Source: Mycobacteriales bacterium (GTDB lineage Bacteria > Actinomycetota > Actinomycetes > JADGOV01). Taken from it: a stretch of DNA of 64,000 nt. Shown one piece after another: positions 45,712-56,494 of this stretch. The DNA lies in contig JBBSIN010000004.1 of NCBI GenBank assembly GCA_038232055.1, positions 1,697 to 65,696 on the forward strand, read 5' to 3'. The translations under genes and the position numbers were made by a program. The notes beneath the pieces were generated by a model. The model did not search any database, was not told the origin of the DNA, and was given only the letters and a program-made list of their open reading frames with translations. The number at the start of each line of letters is the position of its first letter. Position 1 is the first letter of the stretch.

Positions 45712-46518
45712 GTGACGACGCTTCCCGCCGGCTCGGTCGATAGACAGTCCCGGCGTTCGCGCGCCCGCCGCCGGTCCGGCTATTTCGTCCTGGTGCTCAC
45801 TCTCGGTATTCTCGGGGCGGTCTACGCCGCTCTCGCGCCGACCGGGCAGGCCGACGACGCCACGCCGACGGCCGCCGTAACCCAGGGCCGCGCGCTCTAC
45901 CTCACCGGCTGCTCGAGCTGTCACGGTCTGCAGGCCCAGGGCACCAGCGTCGCACCGAGCCTGATCGGCGTGGGCGCAGCCGCTGTCGACTTCCAGGTCG
46001 GGACCGGTCGGATGCCGCTCATGCAGCAGGGCGTCCAGGCCGATCGGAAGCGACCGAAGTACACCCAACCGCAGATCGACCAGCTGGCGGCCTATGTCGC
46101 ATCGCTGGCGCCGGGTCCGGCCGTGCCGAGCAGTGACCTCCTCGACATCTCCCAGGGCGACGCGGCGCGCGGCGGCCAGCTCTTTCGCGCCAACTGCGCG
46201 CAGTGCCACAACTTCAACGGCAGCGGCGGCGCACTGACTTACGGAAAGTACGCGCCCACTCTGCATCCCGCGACGTCGAAGCAGATCTACGAGGCGATGC
46301 TGACCGGGCCCGAGCAGATGCCGGTTTTCGGCGACAACCAGCTGACCCCCAAGGACAAGCTCGACATCATCACGTTCCTCAAGACCACGCGCGCGGAGGG
46401 CAACCCGGGCGGCTTCAGCCTCGGCCGGGTCGGCCCGGTGCCGGAGGGTCTGGTGGGTTGGCTGGTCGGTACCGGCGTACTCGTGCTCGCGACCTTGTGG
46501 ATCGGCGCGCGGATATGA
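45712..46518 (+). CDS. qcrC: Cytochrome bc1 complex dihaem cytochrome c subunit
   Basis: Two CxxCH motifs (CSSCH, CAQCH) and a C-terminal TM are present. Confidence 0.9.
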   Translation: MTTLPAGSVDRQSRRSRARRRSGYFVLVLTLGILGAVYAALAPTGQADDATPTAAVTQGRALYLTGCSSCHGLQAQGTSVAPSLIGVGAAAVDFQVGTGRMPLMQQGVQADRKRPKYTQPQIDQLAAYVASLAPGPAVPSSDLLDISQGDAARGGQLFRANCAQCHNFNGSGGALTYGKYAPTLHPATSKQIYEAMLTGPEQMPVFGDNQLTPKDKLDIITFLKTTRAEGNPGGFSLGRVGPVPEGLVGWLVGTGVLVLATLWIGARI

Positions 46519-47624
46519 GTGAACAGGTCCCCCCCGGGGCGGGACCGGGCGAGCTCGGCGAGTTCGACCCGGCCCGTGGCGGCACCACCAGCGGCGGCCC
46601 GGTGCTCCGGCCGGGCACACCGGTGCGTCACGTCGGCCCACCGCCGGGAGCGGAGCCGCCCGGCGGACCTGTCGGTGCGGCCGGTCCGGTGGCTACCCGA
46701 TCCGAGTACGAGACCGAGCCATCGGAGCACGACCCACGGGAGGAGCGTCGCGCCGAGCGACGGGTCGCCCTGCTCTTCGTCATCTCCGCACTGGCGACGT
46801 TCGGCTTCTGCGTCGCCTATGTGTTCATGAAGATCCACACCGCCGACTACGGCGCCGCGCAGAACTACGTGCTCGGCGCCACCCTCGCGCTGGCGCTCTT
46901 CACATTGGGCGCCGGCCAGGTGCTCTGGGCCAAGGCGCTGACGCCCAAGGAGCACGCCGTCCAGGATCGCCACGACGGCGGCTCCTCCGCTGCCGAGCGC
47001 GAAGAGCTCGACCAAGTGTTCTTCCGCGGCGCCGATCAGCTCGGCATCGCGCGTTTCCCGCTGGCCAGGCGTAGCTTGCTCTTCGCCGCGGGGGTCTTTC
47101 CCCTCGCTGCCGTTGTGTTGCTGCGCGACCTCGGCCCTGCCCCGGAGAAGCAGCTGCGGCACACCGCGTGGCAGCCCGGCAAGCGCCTCGTAGACGTCGA
47201 AACCAAGGAGCCGATCCAGGTCGGCGACATGCGGGTGGGCAGCATCCTCACGGTCATGCCCGAGGGCTACCAGGACCTTCCCGAGGAGGACTGGGCGTTG
47301 GCGCCGACGATTCTCATTCGCACCCGTCCCACCGAGCTACGCGCGCCGACGAATATGAACTGGACCGTCGACGGCTACGTGGCCTACTCGAAGGTCTGCA
47401 CCCATGCCGGCTGCCCGACCAGTCTGTACGAGCAGCAGACCCAGAACCTGCTCTGCCCGTGTCACCAGTCGACGTTCAAGGTGACCGAAGGCTGCCGGGT
47501 CATCTTCGGCCCGGCCGCCCGGGCGTTGCCGCAGCTGCCCATCGCGGTCGACAACCAGGGCTATTTCGTCGCCCAGAGCGACTACCGTGAACCCGTAGGC
47601 CCGAGCTTCTGGGAGCGTGGCTGA
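46515..47624 (+). CDS. qcrA: Cytochrome bc1 complex Rieske iron-sulfur subunit
   Basis: The ATG at 46515 overlaps the qcrC stop. CTHAGCP...CPCHQSTF are present. Confidence 0.9.
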   Translation: MSEQVPPGAGPGELGEFDPARGGTTSGGPVLRPGTPVRHVGPPPGAEPPGGPVGAAGPVATRSEYETEPSEHDPREERRAERRVALLFVISALATFGFCVAYVFMKIHTADYGAAQNYVLGATLALALFTLGAGQVLWAKALTPKEHAVQDRHDGGSSAAEREELDQVFFRGADQLGIARFPLARRSLLFAAGVFPLAAVVLLRDLGPAPEKQLRHTAWQPGKRLVDVETKEPIQVGDMRVGSILTVMPEGYQDLPEEDWALAPTILIRTRPTELRAPTNMNWTVDGYVAYSKVCTHAGCPTSLYEQQTQNLLCPCHQSTFKVTEGCRVIFGPAARALPQLPIAVDNQGYFVAQSDYREPVGPSFWERG

Positions 47625-49225
47625 TGAGCGTCACCGCCACCACGAGCCGCAAGGCGCTGCGCGCGGTCGACGACCGGCTCGGTGGCGCGTCGTGGCTGCG
47701 CGCCACCATGAACAAGGTCTTTCCGGATCACTGGTCGTTCATGTTGGGCGAGATCGCCCTCTACTCCTTCATCATCCTGCTGCTCACCGGCACCTTTTTG
47801 TCGCTGTTCTTCGACGCCTCGGTGCAGCGCGTCGTCTACCACGGCAGCTACATCCCGTTGCGTGGCGTCGAGATGACACAGGCGTACGAGTCGACGCTGC
47901 GCATCACGTTCGACATCCGTGGTGGCCTGCTGATCCGCCAGATCCATCACTGGGCGGCGCTGCTCTTCCTCTCCTCCATCGTGGTCCACCTGATGCGGGT
48001 GTTCTTCACCGGCGCGTTCCGAAAGCCGCGCGAGACCAACTGGCTGATCGGCGTCACGCTGCTCGTCCTCGGCATCCTCGAGGGCTTCGCCGGCTACTCA
48101 CTGCCCGACGACCTCCTATCCGGCACCGGCCTGCGTATCGCCTTCTCGATCGTCGAGGCGATCCCGATTGTCGGCACCTGGGCCGGCTTCCTGCTCTTCG
48201 GGAGCAACTTCCCGGGCGAAGCGTTCATCCCGCGGCTGTTCGTCGTCCACATCCTGCTCATTCCGGGCGTGATCCTGGCACTGATCACCTTCCATCTGCT
48301 GATGATCTGGCGGCAGAAGCACACCGACTTCCCGGGGCCCGGCAAGACCGAGCACACGGTCGTCGGTTCGCGGCTGTGGCCCACCTACGTCCTGAAGGGC
48401 GGCGGGTTCTTCTTCGTCGTCTTCGCCATGTCCGCCGCGCTCGGTGGGCTCGCGCAGATCAACCCGATCTGGCTCTACGGTCCGTACAACCCGGCGCACG
48501 TCTCCGCCGGCTCACAGCCAGACTGGTACATGGGTTTCCTCGACGGCGCGCTGCGGCTCATGCCCAACTGGGAGACCAACGTCCTCGGTCACACGCTGAG
48601 CTGGAACCTCCTCGTCCCGGCCCTCGTGCTGCCCGGGATCATCTTCACGCTGCTCGCTCTCTATCCGTTCCTCGAGGCGTTCGTCACCCGAGACCACGCC
48701 CACCACAACCTGCTCGACCGGCCGCGAAACCGGCCGAACCGCACCGCGATCGGCGCGATGTCACTGTCGTTCTACGTGGTGCTCCTGCTCGCCGGCGGCA
48801 ACGACATCCTGGCCACCACCTTCCACCTGTCGATCCAGCAGCTGATCTGGACGTTCCGCATCGCGCTGTTCGTCGTACCGCCGATCGTCTACTACGTCAC
48901 CAAACGGCTCTGCATCGCGCTCCAGCGGTCGGAGAGCGAGGTCGATCACCACGGTGTCGAGACCGGGGTGATCCTTCGCTCGCCGGACGGGGAGTACACC
49001 GAGGTCCACGCCCCGGCGCCCACGCCGAAGGTGCCGGAGCTCGTCGCGGTCAGTGGGTCCGAGAGCGGCCCGGCCTCGCGGGCAGTTGCCCGTGAGGGAC
49101 GGCGGCGGCGTAACGGGCACAACGGCGACGGCGGGGTGCTCGGCCGGGTCGGCGGATTCTTCTTCGAGCGTGGCAAGCGCCAGTCCGCGGACCCCGAACC
49201 GCCCCGCACGCTGACCCGTAGGTAG
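47624..49225 (+). CDS. qcrB: Cytochrome bc1 complex cytochrome b subunit
   Basis: [33 protein letters not shown] and [25 protein letters not shown] are present. The start overlaps the qcrA stop (TGATG). Confidence 0.95.
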   Translation: MSVTATTSRKALRAVDDRLGGASWLRATMNKVFPDHWSFMLGEIALYSFIILLLTGTFLSLFFDASVQRVVYHGSYIPLRGVEMTQAYESTLRITFDIRGGLLIRQIHHWAALLFLSSIVVHLMRVFFTGAFRKPRETNWLIGVTLLVLGILEGFAGYSLPDDLLSGTGLRIAFSIVEAIPIVGTWAGFLLFGSNFPGEAFIPRLFVVHILLIPGVILALITFHLLMIWRQKHTDFPGPGKTEHTVVGSRLWPTYVLKGGGFFFVVFAMSAALGGLAQINPIWLYGPYNPAHVSAGSQPDWYMGFLDGALRLMPNWETNVLGHTLSWNLLVPALVLPGIIFTLLALYPFLEAFVTRDHAHHNLLDRPRNRPNRTAIGAMSLSFYVVLLLAGGNDILATTFHLSIQQLIWTFRIALFVVPPIVYYVTKRLCIALQRSESEVDHHGVETGVILRSPDGEYTEVHAPAPTPKVPELVAVSGSESGPASRAVAREGRRRRNGHNGDGGVLGRVGGFFFERGKRQSADPEPPRTLTRR

Positions 49226-49241
49226 CGACCCCGCCCCGCGG

Positions 49242-50684
49242 TCAACTCGGTCGCAGCGCCTGGTAGCGCCGTAGCGACTCCACCCGTTCCGTGTCGTGGT
49301 CGACGATGCGCGCCGGATAACCGACCGGCGGTCTCCCGGCCACGGTGCACCGCGTGGCCGGCGATCCCGCGCAGCTCGGGCACCCATCGACGGACGTAGT
49401 TCCCACGAGGGTCGAAGCGGCGCCCTTGCAGCACCGGGTTGAACACCCGGTAGTACGGCGCCGCATCGGTCCCGGTGCCCGCCACCCACTGCCAGGACAG
49501 GAAGTTCGACGCCAGGTCGCCGTCGACGAGCCGCGCGTAGAACAGCCGGGCACCCAGCTGCCAGTCGAGGTGCAGATCCTTCACCAAGAATGACGCGACG
49601 ATCATCCTGGCCCGATTGGGCTGCCAGCCCTCTGCCGCCAACTGACGCATCGCTGCGTCGACGACGGGGTATCCGGTGCGCCCGTCCCGCCACGCCGCGA
49701 AATGGTCCGCGTCTCCCTTCCCCGCTGCTCCTCCCTGCGAAACGGCGGCATCGCGCGCCATATCGCCCGTCAGGACGTCCATCTCGGGGCGCAGCGAGCG
49801 GCGGGCGGCGGCGGGGTCGTGTCACAGCACGTCGGCGTAGAACTCGCGCCACGCAAGCTCGGAGCGGAAGGACTCCTCTCCTTCGCCCTGCCCCAGCTCG
49901 GCGAGCAGCGTCCGCGGATGCAGGCAGCCGTACTTGAGGTAGGGCGAGAGACGGGAGGAACCCTCGTCGACCAGCACATCGCGTCGCTCGCCGTAGGCGC
50001 GCAGCCACCCGTCGCGAAACCTCGCCCAGGCCCTTGTGGCGGCCGCCTCCCCGGCTGGCGGCAGCGCCACACCGCCGAGCGGAGGGTCGACGGGTGCGCC
50101 GTCACTGCCGAGGCCTCCGTCGCCCCACCGCACGACGCTGCCTGAGCCCGCCGGCGGCCGCCAACCGTGGCGGCGCCACGCTCGATAGAAGGGCGAGAAC
50201 ACCCGGTAGCCGCTCGTCCCGTCGCGGGTGACCCGCCCCGGCGCCACGGCGTACGGCGACCCGGTGCGGACCAGCTCGACCCCGGCAGCGGTCAGCGAGC
50301 GCTCGACCGAGGCGTCCCGCCGGCGGCCGTAGGGGCGGCGTCGGCGCTGACGTGCACCTGTGGCGATCCGGTTGCCTGAGCCACCGCCGGCACGATCTCC
50401 GCGGGATGGCCATGCAGAATCCGCAGCCGACCCTCGGTCTGCTCGGCGAGGCCGCGGAGCGTGCGGTAGAGAAACGCGCGGCGAGGCGCCCCGGGCGGGT
50501 AGCCCTCACCCATGACGGAGTTTCGGAAGGGTGACCGCGTCCGCTGGCAGTCGCACGGCGGCGAGGCGGTGCACAAGCCCGACGCGCTGAGAAGGGCGCA
50601 CTGAAGCGACGCCCTGTCGCCGGCAACGGCGTTTCGGAGCTCCCAAAGCGATAATCGCTCCGGACGTTGTTCATTCTGGTCCAC
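49242..50684 (-). pseudogene. Deoxyribodipyrimidine photolyase gene disrupted by a nonsense codon and several frameshifts
   Basis: Fragments lie in ORFs 50292..50783, 49822..50247, 48946..49782 and 49242..49553. PRRAFLYRTLRGL...VHVSADAAP then shifts frame near 50332. YRVFSPFYRAW...SRLSPYLKYG...ELAWREFYADVL ends at a TGA (49822-49824) where W is expected. [18 protein letters not shown]...[11 protein letters not shown]...[20 protein letters not shown] is followed by shifts near 49330-49350 before [11 protein letters not shown]. Confidence 0.75.
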
Positions 50685-50727
50685 CAGGGGTACGGAGCCA
50701 GCACCTACCTCAGGAAGCGAGGCAACC

Positions 50728-51189
50728 ATGTCCTCCGTCCAGCAGTCCGTCAACGTCGAGGTCCCCGTGCGTACGGCGTACAACCAGTGGACTCAGTTCG
50801 AGGAGTTCCCCCGTTTCATGCACGGCGTCGAGCGCATCGACCAGCGCAGCGACACGATGACGCACTGGGTCATCTCCATCGACGGGGTCAAGCGCGAGTT
50901 CGATGCGGAGATCACCGAGCAGACTCCCGACCAGCGCGTCGCATGGAAGAGCATCTCCGGCTCGTCACATGCCGGCGTCGTCACGTTTCATCGGCTGGGC
51001 GAGAACAGCACCAGGGTCATGCTGCAGCTCGACACCGAACCGGAGGGCGTCCTGGAGACGGCCGGCGACAAGCTGGGCTTCGTTAAGCGGCAGGCGGCAG
51101 GCGACCTCGAGCGGTTCAAGACGTTCATCGAGGCAACCGGTGGCGAGACGGGCGCCTGGCGCGGGGAGGTTCAGCAGGACCCGCGCTGA
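50728..51189 (+). CDS. SRPBCC (cyclase/dehydrase) family protein
   Basis: SVNVEVPVRTAYNQWTQFEEFPRFMHGVERI...WKSISGSSHAGVVTFHRL is present. Confidence 0.8.
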   Translation: MSSVQQSVNVEVPVRTAYNQWTQFEEFPRFMHGVERIDQRSDTMTHWVISIDGVKREFDAEITEQTPDQRVAWKSISGSSHAGVVTFHRLGENSTRVMLQLDTEPEGVLETAGDKLGFVKRQAAGDLERFKTFIEATGGETGAWRGEVQQDPR

Positions 51190-51269
51190 GCACGTACCGT
51201 TGGAGCGGCGTGCCGCGCCCGACATGCTCGGGTGCGCAACTGCCCGGCGGTGCAACGAGTGGTGCCGGC

Positions 51270-52415
51270 ATGGCCGGCGACCATCGAAGGGAAGCAGTGG
51301 ACAGGCAGCGCGACCGGGTACCCGTACGTACCATCGCGGCGACGATCGGCATGGTGCTGCTGACCGCGCTGGCGCTGCTGCTGCTCAGCAAGCTGGCCAG
51401 GTTGCTCACCTGGCTGGCGATCGCTGCCTTCCTCGCGGTCCTGCTGACGCCCGCGGCGTCGTTCGTCGAGCGACGGCTGCATCTGAAACGGTCGCTGGCC
51501 ACGCTCCTCGTCTTTCTGGTCGGCGTCATCGTCGTCGGCGGCCTGATCGCCCTCTTCGTCCGGCCCCTTGTCCAGGAGGTCAGTGCCTTCGCCGACGACA
51601 TACCGCGCTACATCGAGCAGGCCCGGTCCGGCAACGGTCCGGTCGGCGATCTCGTCCAGCGGTTCCACCTGGACCGATACGCCCAGCAGAACTCGGGTCG
51701 ACTCCGCACTTCGCTGACCGGGTTGGGTACGCCGGCGCTCACGGTCGCGCACACGATCGCCGCCACGGTGGTCGGTCTGATCGCGATTCTGGTGCTGACT
51801 TTTCTCCTGGTGTTGCAGGGACCGCACCTCGTCGAGGGGGCACTCGGCCTGGTGCCGGCCGACCGGCGCGAGCGCGTCCGTCGGGTCGCCCACGACTGCG
51901 GCCGGGCGGTCACCGGCTACATGAGCGGTCAGCTGCTGATCGCGACGACCTGCGCCGTCGTCACGTATCTGCTGTTGCTGGTCCTGGGCGTGCCGTTCCG
52001 CGGGACGGTCGCCCTCTTCGTGGGCCTGATGGACCTGTTGCCGCTTGTCGGGGCAACGCTAGGCGCCGCCGTGGCGGTGGTCGTGGCGTTTCTGCACTCG
52101 ATAACCGCCGGCATCGTGGTCCTCGTTTGGTTCATCATCTACCAGCAGCTCGAGAACCACCTGCTGCAGCCAGTGGTCATGTCCCGGACGGTCCGGCTCA
52201 ACCCGCTGACCGTGATCATTAGCGTCATCATCGGCGTCGAGCTTGCCGGCATCCTCGGCGCGCTGCTCGCCATCCCGGTGGCCGGCATGATCTCCGTCAT
52301 CGTCCGCGACCTTTGGGACCACCGGCGTGGTCGCCCCAAGCCGGAGCCGACCGTCGGTGCTGCGGACATTCCGGCCGACTCGCGGCCGCGGTCGGGCGCC
52401 ACCGCTTCACAGTAG
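51270..52415 (+). CDS. AI-2E family transporter (PerM/UPF0118)
   Basis: The ATG is at residue 21 of ORF 51210..52415. About 8 TM helices and FVGLMDLLPLVGATLG...IIYQQLENHLLQP...IPVAGMISVIV are present. Confidence 0.8.
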   Translation: MAGDHRREAVDRQRDRVPVRTIAATIGMVLLTALALLLLSKLARLLTWLAIAAFLAVLLTPAASFVERRLHLKRSLATLLVFLVGVIVVGGLIALFVRPLVQEVSAFADDIPRYIEQARSGNGPVGDLVQRFHLDRYAQQNSGRLRTSLTGLGTPALTVAHTIAATVVGLIAILVLTFLLVLQGPHLVEGALGLVPADRRERVRRVAHDCGRAVTGYMSGQLLIATTCAVVTYLLLLVLGVPFRGTVALFVGLMDLLPLVGATLGAAVAVVVAFLHSITAGIVVLVWFIIYQQLENHLLQPVVMSRTVRLNPLTVIISVIIGVELAGILGALLAIPVAGMISVIVRDLWDHRRGRPKPEPTVGAADIPADSRPRSGATASQ

Positions 52416-52473
52416 GCGCCTCGACGAAACCTCCGCATTTGGCCGTCACCTGCTCGGGTTGCATCATCTATGC

Positions 52474-53457
52474 GTGAGCTACCAGGAGGGGCCGTCGCTT
52501 CCGGTCGCAACGGTCGCCCGTCGCCTGGGAGTCGCGTCAACCACCTTGCGCACATGGGATCGCCGCTACGGCCTCGGCCCAAGCGATCGGGCGGCCGGAG
52601 CGCACCGGCGCTACAGTCCCCGCGACGTCGAGCGGTTGTCGGTGATGCGCGGGCTCGTCCTGTCGGGGGTTACTCCAGCGGAAGCCGCGCGGGTGGCACT
52701 GAGCGACACGGCTGGGCAGATCGCCGCGCGCCCAACGGGGCTCCGCGAGGCCGACGGGAAAGATCCGCATCGAGAGCAGACCTCAGCAGGCGCGCCCGAG
52801 CCGTTGCGGTACGCCGGCACCGGCGGCCGGGTGCTCCCGATTCCGCGCGCCACCCCGCGCAGCCGGGGGCTCGCCCGGGCTGCGATGTGCCTCGACGAGG
52901 GTGCCGTGATGGACGTCCTTCAGCGAGCACTCGACGAGGACGGCGTCGTGGCCACGTGGGACACGCTGCTCCGGCCACTCTTCACGGCGATCGGTGAGCG
53001 CTGGGCGCACGCCGGCGAGAGCGTCGAGGTGGAGCACCTCCTGTCGGAGTGCACCACCCGAGCGCTACACCGGATGTGTCCGACGCCCGCGTCGCCGGTC
53101 AACCCCCGGCCGGTCTTGCTGGCCTGCGTGCCCGGCGACCTGCACGCCCTGCCTCTGCTGGCGCTGTGCGTCGGCCTGATGGAGCAGCGGATCTCCTGTC
53201 GGCTGCTGGGCGCCGCGACGCCGCTCGATGCGCTCGCCGCCGCCGTACGCCGCACCGGTCCGGCAGCGCTGGTGCTGTGGTCGCAGACCAAGGACACGGC
53301 CGAGGGAGTGTTCGATGCTGTGCCACAGCTTCGGCCGCGTACCGCGATCATCGTCGGTGGCGACGGATGGCCGACGACGATCCCGGAGCACGTCACCTTC
53401 GCGACCGGCCTGCAGCACGGCTTGGATCTGGTCTCGGCCGCCGTACGCGGCGGCTAA
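52474..53457 (+). CDS. MerR-family regulator with a C-terminal cobalamin-binding-like domain (LitR/CarH-like architecture)
   Basis: The MerR HTH VATVARRLGVASTTLRTWDRRYGLGP...RRYSPRDVERLSVMRGL is present. The C-terminal VLLACVPGDLHALPLLALCVGL...ALVLWSQ resembles the ExHxxG B12 motif but reads DLHALP. The start is uncertain (GTG at 52474 or TTG at 52459). Confidence 0.65.
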   Translation: MSYQEGPSLPVATVARRLGVASTTLRTWDRRYGLGPSDRAAGAHRRYSPRDVERLSVMRGLVLSGVTPAEAARVALSDTAGQIAARPTGLREADGKDPHREQTSAGAPEPLRYAGTGGRVLPIPRATPRSRGLARAAMCLDEGAVMDVLQRALDEDGVVATWDTLLRPLFTAIGERWAHAGESVEVEHLLSECTTRALHRMCPTPASPVNPRPVLLACVPGDLHALPLLALCVGLMEQRISCRLLGAATPLDALAAAVRRTGPAALVLWSQTKDTAEGVFDAVPQLRPRTAIIVGGDGWPTTIPEHVTFATGLQHGLDLVSAAVRGG

Positions 53458-53468
53458 CCGCTAACGAA

Positions 53469-53891
53469 CTAGGAGGAGAAGTCCTCGCGCGTCGAGGTCT
53501 CGGATGCGGCGCTCACGTAGTACTCGAAGACCAGCCCCAGCGTGGCCCCGCCGAGGATGCCGGCGCCGATGACCAGCAGCCACCACCCGAAGGGGAAGCC
53601 GAGCATCATGACGGCCGCGCCCAGGCCCATGAAGAACGGCCACTGGCTGTGCGGACTGAAGAAGCCGATCTCCCCGGCGCCCTCCTCCACATCCGCGTTG
53701 GGCAGGTCCTCGAGTTGGTCGGGTAGCCGCCGGGCGGTGAACTGGAGATAGTAGGCGATGAGGAAACCGAGACCCACCGCGAACGCCAGGGCCGTCGTAC
53801 CGGTCGGGTCCTTCGAGGTGAACCAGTAGACGATGGACGAAACCAGGAAGAACGCCGTCACTCCGTAGAAGATCCTGGCGTTGGTCCTCAC
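53469..53891 (-). CDS. ctaF: Cytochrome c oxidase subunit IV (actinobacterial CtaF)
   Basis: The GTG at 53891 overlaps the ctaD stop (GTGA). The protein is 140 aa with 4 [19 protein letters not shown]...[15 protein letters not shown] are present. Confidence 0.8.
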   Translation of the reverse strand: MRTNARIFYGVTAFFLVSSIVYWFTSKDPTGTTALAFAVGLGFLIAYYLQFTARRLPDQLEDLPNADVEEGAGEIGFFSPHSQWPFFMGLGAAVMMLGFPFGWWLLVIGAGILGGATLGLVFEYYVSAASETSTREDFSS

Positions 53892-55585
53892 CGGACGATC
53901 TCCTGCTGGTCGATCTCCTGCTGGGGGTTGCGGTCGAGCGCCCGCACGATGTGCGGATAGTGCAGGTCGAACGCGGGTCGCTCGGATCGGATGCGGGGCA
54001 GCGCGACGAAGTTGTGTCGCGGCGGTGGGCAGGAGGTCGCCCACTCCAGCGAGTTGCCATAACCCCACGGGTCGTCACCGACCACAATCGCGCCTCTGCG
54101 CGCCGTCCGCCACACGTTGTAGAGGAACACGAAGGTCGAGGCGCCCAGCAGGTACGCGCCAACGGTGGAGATCTCGTTGAGCGTCGTGAAGCCGGCCGAG
54201 GCCGGGTAGTCGGCGACGCGGCGCGGCATGCCCTCTACGCCCAGCCAGTGCTGGACGAGGAACGTCATGTGGAAGCCGATGAAGAGCGTCCAGAAGTGGA
54301 TCTTGCCGAGCGTGTCGTCGAGCAGTCGGCCGGTCATCTTCGGCCACCAGAAGTAGAAGCCGGAGAACATGGAGAAGACGACCGTGCCAAAGAGCACGTA
54401 ATGGAAGTGCGCGACGACGAAGTAGCTGTCGCTCACGTGGAAGTCGATCGGGGGGCTGGCCAGCATGACGCCGGTCAGGCCGCCGAGCAGGAACGTCAGC
54501 AGGAAACCGATCGCGAACAGCATCGGTGCCTCGAACGTGAGCTGGCCTCGCCACATCGTGCCGATCCAGTTGAAGAACTTGACCCCGGTCGGGACGGCGA
54601 TGAGGAAGCTCATGAACGAGAAGAACGGCAACAGCACCGCGCCGGTGGCGAACATGTGGTGCGCCCACACGGCCATCGAGAGGGCGCCGATGGCGATCGT
54701 CGCGAAGACCAGGCCCTTGTAGCCGAACACCGGCTTGCGGGAGAACACCGGAAGGACCTCGGTGATGATCCCGAAGAATGGCAAGGCGACGATGTAGACC
54801 TCGGGGTGGCCGAAGAACCAGAACAGGTGCTGCCAGAGGATCGGGCCGCCGTTGGCCGGGTCGTAGATGTGTGCCCCGAACTTCCGGTCCGCGAGCAGCG
54901 CGAACAGCGCCGCGGCGAGCACGGGGAATGCGAGCAGTACCAGCAGCGACGTGATGAACACGTTCCACGTGAAGATCGGCATCCGGAACATCGTCATGCC
55001 GGGTGCGCGCAGGGTGAAGACGGTGGTGATGAAGTTGACCGCGCCGAGGATCGTGCCGAAACCGGTGAGGATCAGCCCGACGATCCACATGTCCGCACCG
55101 GCACCCGACGCGTGGATCGCATCGGAGAGCGGTGTGTAGGCGAACCAGCCGAAGTCGGCCGCGCCACCGGGCGTGAGGAAACCGCCGAGGACGACGAGGC
55201 CGCCGAAGAGGAACAGCCAGAACGACAGTGCGTTGAGCCGCGGGAAGGCCACGTCGGGAGCGCCAATCTGCAGCGGCATGATGACGTTGGTGAACCCGGC
55301 AAAGAGCGGAGTCGCGAAAAGCAACAGCATGATCGTGCCGTGCATGGTGAAGAGCTGGTTGTACTGCTCGTCGCTCACCACCTGCAGCCCAGGCCGGGCC
55401 AGTTCGGTGCGCATGATCATTGCCATCAGCCCGGCCGCCAGGAAGAACCCGAACGAAGCGATGAGGTACATGTAGCCGATCACCTTGTGATCGGTCGTGG
55501 TGATCCAGCGCCAGATCCGGCTACCGGGGGCGACGCGTACGCGCCGGCCTGCTGTGACGAGCCGCGGCTCGAGGACCTGGGTCAC
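53888..55585 (-). CDS. ctaD: Cytochrome c oxidase subunit I
   Basis: The GTG is at residue 136 of ORF 53888..55990 and overlaps the ctaC stop. [17 protein letters not shown] and HFHYVLFG are present. Confidence 0.95.
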   Translation of the reverse strand: MTQVLEPRLVTAGRRVRVAPGSRIWRWITTTDHKVIGYMYLIASFGFFLAAGLMAMIMRTELARPGLQVVSDEQYNQLFTMHGTIMLLLFATPLFAGFTNVIMPLQIGAPDVAFPRLNALSFWLFLFGGLVVLGGFLTPGGAADFGWFAYTPLSDAIHASGAGADMWIVGLILTGFGTILGAVNFITTVFTLRAPGMTMFRMPIFTWNVFITSLLVLLAFPVLAAALFALLADRKFGAHIYDPANGGPILWQHLFWFFGHPEVYIVALPFFGIITEVLPVFSRKPVFGYKGLVFATIAIGALSMAVWAHHMFATGAVLLPFFSFMSFLIAVPTGVKFFNWIGTMWRGQLTFEAPMLFAIGFLLTFLLGGLTGVMLASPPIDFHVSDSYFVVAHFHYVLFGTVVFSMFSGFYFWWPKMTGRLLDDTLGKIHFWTLFIGFHMTFLVQHWLGVEGMPRRVADYPASAGFTTLNEISTVGAYLLGASTFVFLYNVWRTARRGAIVVGDDPWGYGNSLEWATSCPPPRHNFVALPRIRSERPAFDLHYPHIVRALDRNPQQEIDQQEIVR

Positions 55586-56439
55586 TGGGAGCTCCCCGAG
55601 ATGGCGGACGCCCCGGCGGACGTCGTCGTGTACATGTCGCTGGTTCCCGCGGCTGCCGCGGCCTTCGCCGTGGTGAGGAACTGTTGGTACTCGGCGTCGG
55701 AGACGACCTTGAGCTTGAACAGCATGCGCGAGTGGTAGAGGCCGCAGAACTCGGCGCATCGCCCCTCGAACGTGCCGGTCTTCTCCGTGCGGACCTCGAA
55801 CTTGTTCTGGCGTCCCGGGACGACGTCGCGCTTGAACAGGAAGCTCGGCACCCAGAAGGAGTGGATGACGTCCGGCGACGTCTCGACGAACTGGATCTTC
55901 TTGTTGGCCGGCAGCACGAGGGTCGGCGGCTGCCCGGGCCGGCCGGTCACCTGCAGCTTGTCGTCGATGTAGTTGAACTGCCAGTTCCACTGGAAGCCCA
56001 CCACGCCGATCTTGACGTCCGGATTCCGGGACAGCTTGTCGATGACGATCTCGTCACGGGCCGTGAAGTAGAAGAGCACCGCGACGGTGACGAGCGGCAG
56101 GATCGTGTAGAGGAGTTCGATCGGCACGTTGTAGTGCACCTGCCGCGGCAGTTCGTCCCCGCGCTTACGAAAGCGGAAGCAGGCCCAGAGGATCAGCCCG
56201 TAGACCAGGGCACCGACGGCCAAGGCGACCCAGAAGAATCCGACCCAGAGGTTGAGGACTCGGTGTCCCTGCTCCGTGATCGGCTTGGGGAACCCGAAAC
56301 GGATGGACTCCGTGTTGCACGCCGTGAGCACCAGTGCGAGCGGCGCCAGCGCGACCAGCCGCAGCGCCCTCCGGCGGACGCTTGGCCGTGCCGACGACGA
56401 GCCGTCCGGAAGGGTCGGGCGGCCAGGTGTCCTGCGCAC
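55582..56439 (-). CDS. ctaC: Cytochrome c oxidase subunit II
   Basis: The lipobox is LVLTAC. The CuA site is [11 protein letters not shown]...[12 protein letters not shown]. Confidence 0.9.
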   Translation of the reverse strand: MRRTPGRPTLPDGSSSARPSVRRRALRLVALAPLALVLTACNTESIRFGFPKPITEQGHRVLNLWVGFFWVALAVGALVYGLILWACFRFRKRGDELPRQVHYNVPIELLYTILPLVTVAVLFYFTARDEIVIDKLSRNPDVKIGVVGFQWNWQFNYIDDKLQVTGRPGQPPTLVLPANKKIQFVETSPDVIHSFWVPSFLFKRDVVPGRQNKFEVRTEKTGTFEGRCAEFCGLYHSRMLFKLKVVSDAEYQQFLTTAKAAAAAGTSDMYTTTSAGASAISGSSQ

Positions 56440-56494
56440 TGCACTCCTCGAGGAAGGCGGTCCGGTGCAGGGAAAGAGTAGTCCCTAGCCTTGG

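Noticed and set aside
50647-50659. 13-bp palindrome AGCGATAATCGCT as a firm regulatory site
   Set aside because: It occurs once and lies inside the remnant photolyase coding sequence. It is mentioned only as a possibility under the MerR/B12 regulator finding.
53951-55738. 595-aa plus-strand ORF, Glu/Arg/Asp-rich
   Set aside because: It is antisense to ctaD, which carries unmistakable haem-copper oxidase motifs.
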